A DNA stretch of 64,000 nucleotides from Lama guanicoe (taxonomy: Eukaryota): contig MU054187.1 of assembly GCA_013239625.1 (NCBI GenBank), positions 3,607,757 through 3,671,756 on the forward strand, in the 5' to 3' direction. How positions within the stretch are numbered: the stretch's first letter is position 1; the number at the start of each line of letters is the position of its first letter. Below are positions 60,668 to 64,000 of this stretch, piece after piece. Position numbers and translations under genes: made by a program. Below the pieces are notes generated by a model. The model saw only the letters and a list, made by a program, of their open reading frames with translations, ran no database searches and was not told the origin of the DNA.

Positions 60668-62779
60668 CTAAAAAGAAAAGAAGAGTTAGTTTGGAATTCC
60701 AAAAGTCAGACTCAATTTGGTTAATGGCATATGAACCAAATTTTTTTAAAATTCATTATCACTTATTCATATTCTTTATACTTTATTGGAAAATCCATCT
60801 CAAATTCTGTTAGGAACAAATGTGAAACAAAGAAAATATTTACAGTACACCGAAGAATGTAAAGTAATCAAATCAGCACGCCTCGCTTTATGCATCTTCC
60901 CCTCAATCACAATGAAATCATCTAGACTGTCATATTTTTATTAGGTGAAATATCCCAAGTTTACTGCCATTTCTCAAAGTTGCTGCTAATTTTCTTCACT
61001 TATTTTCGAAACACACCCACGATTTTCTTTGTAACACAGGTTTCGGAAAAACCTTTTGCAACGTGTGTCTCGTTCTGAACAACGGAAGCGTCTCCCTCAG
61101 GCCGTGTGTTCACAGGCCGAGACGATGCAAACCGCACGCCCCAAAGTGGAGGCAGAACCAGGAGGGGCCCCACTGCTGAGCTGGTCTTCAGCAGGAGGCC
61201 GCCTCACAGTGAGCCTGCAGGCTTTACAGTGAGTGTGCAGGTGGCAAGTCCATCTTCAACAACGCAGAGGAAAACCAAAAGGGACTGGAAAGCACCCAGG
61301 GAGCGGCGGGTGGTCGGCGTGGTTATGTTGTGCGGGTGACGGCCACCTACCTCCAGGGGCCCCACCAAGAGAGGGGGAGCCGGGGGCCCTTGTGAAGCGC
61401 CCGCACGCAGGCACACGTGCCCGCTACTCTATTCAGATCCACAGGGATGCCGACGTGAGAGACACTACCCACACCTGTCACGTGGCGCCAACCGAGTCGC
61501 TGGGGGTGCAGATGGGGACCCCGTTTTCTAGGCGCCCACGAGCTGCAGCTGCAGAAAAGACGCCTTATGTCAGGGCGAGCAGTGTGACTGATTATAAAGT
61601 AAAAGCTGCCACGAGGAGGTATCAGAGTGACGAATCAGTGGTAGAAGCAATATTCTGTGGCGTAAACAAGTAACACAGAAGGTCAGCAAAGGACAAGAAT
61701 ACTGGACTTTTGTCTTCAAGAATGTACAATAAAGACCGGGGAGAGGGGTGTGGGGAGCCGCCCCGCAGGCCACGAGAACCCCTAGGACAGACAGGTGCCG
61801 AGCTCGACGCGCAGGGAGGGCCGCAGCACGGAGCGCTGGGCAGCGGAGAGGTGGACTGGGGAGAAGGGGGCGCCCGTCCAGCGGGGTGCTGGAGACGGGG
61901 CTGGAGGAGCAGCGAGACCTGCAAGCCAGCGCAACCGCTTCCCCGAGAACGTGGGCCTGGCCTGTGCGCAGGGAGGGGTGGGGACGGGGACGAGGCCGGC
62001 TGAGGAGCTCCTCACCCGGACAGAGTCAAACCGAGCCCCCGCGCGACTCGTGACCGAGCCCAGTGGTCGCCAGTGCAGGACGAAGCCAGGCCACCTGGAG
62101 GGGAAGAGGCACAGGCCAAGCTGCACAGGCTGAGCTGCTGTGCAGGAAGGAAAAGGGGGCAAAAGACAGGCTGCTCAGAGTCCCAGAACCACCCTGCAAT
62201 TCACGCACAGGATTCATCACTTAGGAATGAAGAAGACACCAAACTTCAGCAAGAAAGAGAGTGGGGCGGGGTGGGGCGGGGGCAAGCCAGCAGAAGGCAG
62301 AAACACCGACGTGACTGCTGCAGGAGTGAGGAGGAGATGGCTTCCAGCTAGGGGAGGCTTCCTTTCCAAGAGCCTTGTGCCCGGAGAGAAGAGAAAGGGG
62401 GAGTCAGGGCGCCTGGTGGGGGAGAAAGCGGAGGTGCTGAGGGTAAACAGCAGGGGAGAAACAGAGCACTCGGGGAGACAAGGAGGGACCATGTCTGAGA
62501 AGAGGGACAGGTTTTTGTCTTAGACAATTACCAACCTGGGAGGGACGTATACTCGTCCTGGCAAGTTTTTGGTGAAAGGGGGCAAGGAGTCTGCTTAACT
62601 TCGTCAGTGCCGATGGTGCCAAGCAGAGGCCGGTATGTCTACTAAGGATGCAGGAGAAGCTGGGAGACAACGGCCAAGGTTAGAGACACCCCCGAGGACA
62701 AGGGAGGGGTGTCCAGGAGCACTCTTGAGAGTTTTGCAAAGACAAACAACACTTGCCATAAAAAATTAAATTTCTTAAA

Positions 62780-62940
62780 TAAGATACTAAGATGTAATAT
62801 ACAGCACAGGGAATATAACCAATATTTTATAATAACTTGAAACAATTATAATCTATAAAAATACTGAATCACTGTGTTATACATGTGAAACCAATATAAA
62901 ACTGCAGATCAACTATACTTCAGAAAATAAAAAAATTAAT
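62780..62940 (+). mobile_element. Short L1 3' end
   Basis: ATACAGCACAGGGAATATAACCAATATTTTATAATAACT...ATCAACTATACTTCA followed by an A-rich tail. Confidence 0.8.
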
Positions 62941-63484
62941 TAAAGAACTGAATTTCTCAGTCACTGCTGTTGGGAGTGTAAAGTGTTGAAACTTTTCTGG
63001 AATACTCTGTGGAAATGGGTAATCAAAGCCTTTTATTTGTATGTGTATGGTGACTTGATAATTCATTTCTAAAAATGTAAGGGAAAAAAACAAGGAACAA
63101 AGATTTAAGGATAAGCACATTCAAAGCAAATTTTAAGAAAAAAGTTGATAACGTCTAATAAAAGGGGTAAAGTATATGTCTATCTGATAGAATAATCATG
63201 CATGCATTAAAAAATCATGCATTTAAAGAACATTACATCACATGATTAAACACTGATGTAATGTGAAAAATTTTAAAAGGACACAAAATATACTGTGATT
63301 CCAGTTTTGTGAAGTTCACACTCAGAACTTCTCCCCAATTCCCCACAATATCCTTAAACATCCCTTGGTGAGTTAAAAAAAAATTAGCAAGATACCGACT
63401 TTACACTTTCCTGTATTTTACAAATGTCTTACTTTTATAATTAGAAAAAAAATCATTTTACCAAAAAAAAAAGTTTTTTCAAAT

Positions 63485-64000
63485 TAATGGTTCTGGGAAA
63501 AAAAAAAAAGAACTTGGATCCATACCTCACACTATATACAAACTTAACCCTAAACGGATCATGGACACCAATGTAAAACCCAAACCATAAAAATTCTAGA
63601 AGGAAACACAGATAAAAATCTTGTGACATTCAGTCAAAAATTCCTTGGCTACAACACTAAAAGCGCGACCCGTAAGATAACTTGATAAATTAGCTTTCAT
63701 CCAACTTTAAAACTGCTCTTCCAAAGACAATGCTGAGAAAGGGAAGACAAGCCACAAGAAGGCAAGGAGAACCTCTGCCAAGCATGCATCTGCCATAAGA
63801 ACCTCCAGAATGCAGCAATAGTAGGACAACCCAATTAAAGGGTAGAATATCTGAGTCAACACTCCACCAGTAAAGATACATGGATGACAAATAAGCACAT
63901 TAAAAGATGCTCACCATCCCTGATCATTAGGAAAATGCAAATAATACCATAATCAGATACCACTGTCTACCCACTAGAGTGATTAAAGTTAAAAAAAAAA
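63485..64000 (+). mobile_element. L1 ORF2 C-terminal fragment (runs off the window)
   Basis: TTGGATCCATACCTCACACTATATACAAA, AATAAGCACATTAAAAGATGCTCA, GGAAAATGCAAAT. Confidence 0.88.

Noticed and set aside
1..64000. CRISPR arrays, operons or prokaryotic defence systems
   Set aside because: The window is mammalian DNA with spliceosomal introns and LINE/SINE relics; no repeat-spacer array was seen.

Overview
Mammalian (eukaryotic) genomic DNA, most likely from a camelid, judged from two tRNA-derived SINEs resembling the Camelidae Vic-1 family. It contains two recognisable genes, both on the minus strand. The first is the intronless oocyte kinase MOS (CDS 12121-13176, 351 aa) with a CPE and AATAAA in its short 3' UTR. 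The second is the 3' part of PLAG1: non-coding exons at 60563-60667 and 53027-53125, CDS 50172-50413 joined to 48401-49658 (499 aa, seven C2H2 fingers), and a ~5.5 kb 3' UTR; exon 1 and the promoter lie beyond the right edge. The rest is mostly L1/HAL1, L2, MIR, MLT LTR, hAT and Tigger relics, plus two CpG islands with no recognisable gene (~16 kb and ~24 kb). Repeat family names and boundaries were recognised by eye and are approximate. I found no intact novel protein-coding system. The best leads are a decayed SUMO-like coding relic at ~540-850, a candidate spliced minus-strand transcript from the 24 kb CpG island towards MOS, uORF arrangements in MOS and PLAG1 (including an in-frame uORF stopping two codons before the PLAG1 ATG), local GC/CpG bursts suggestive of GC-biased gene conversion, and several unusual retrotransposition scars.
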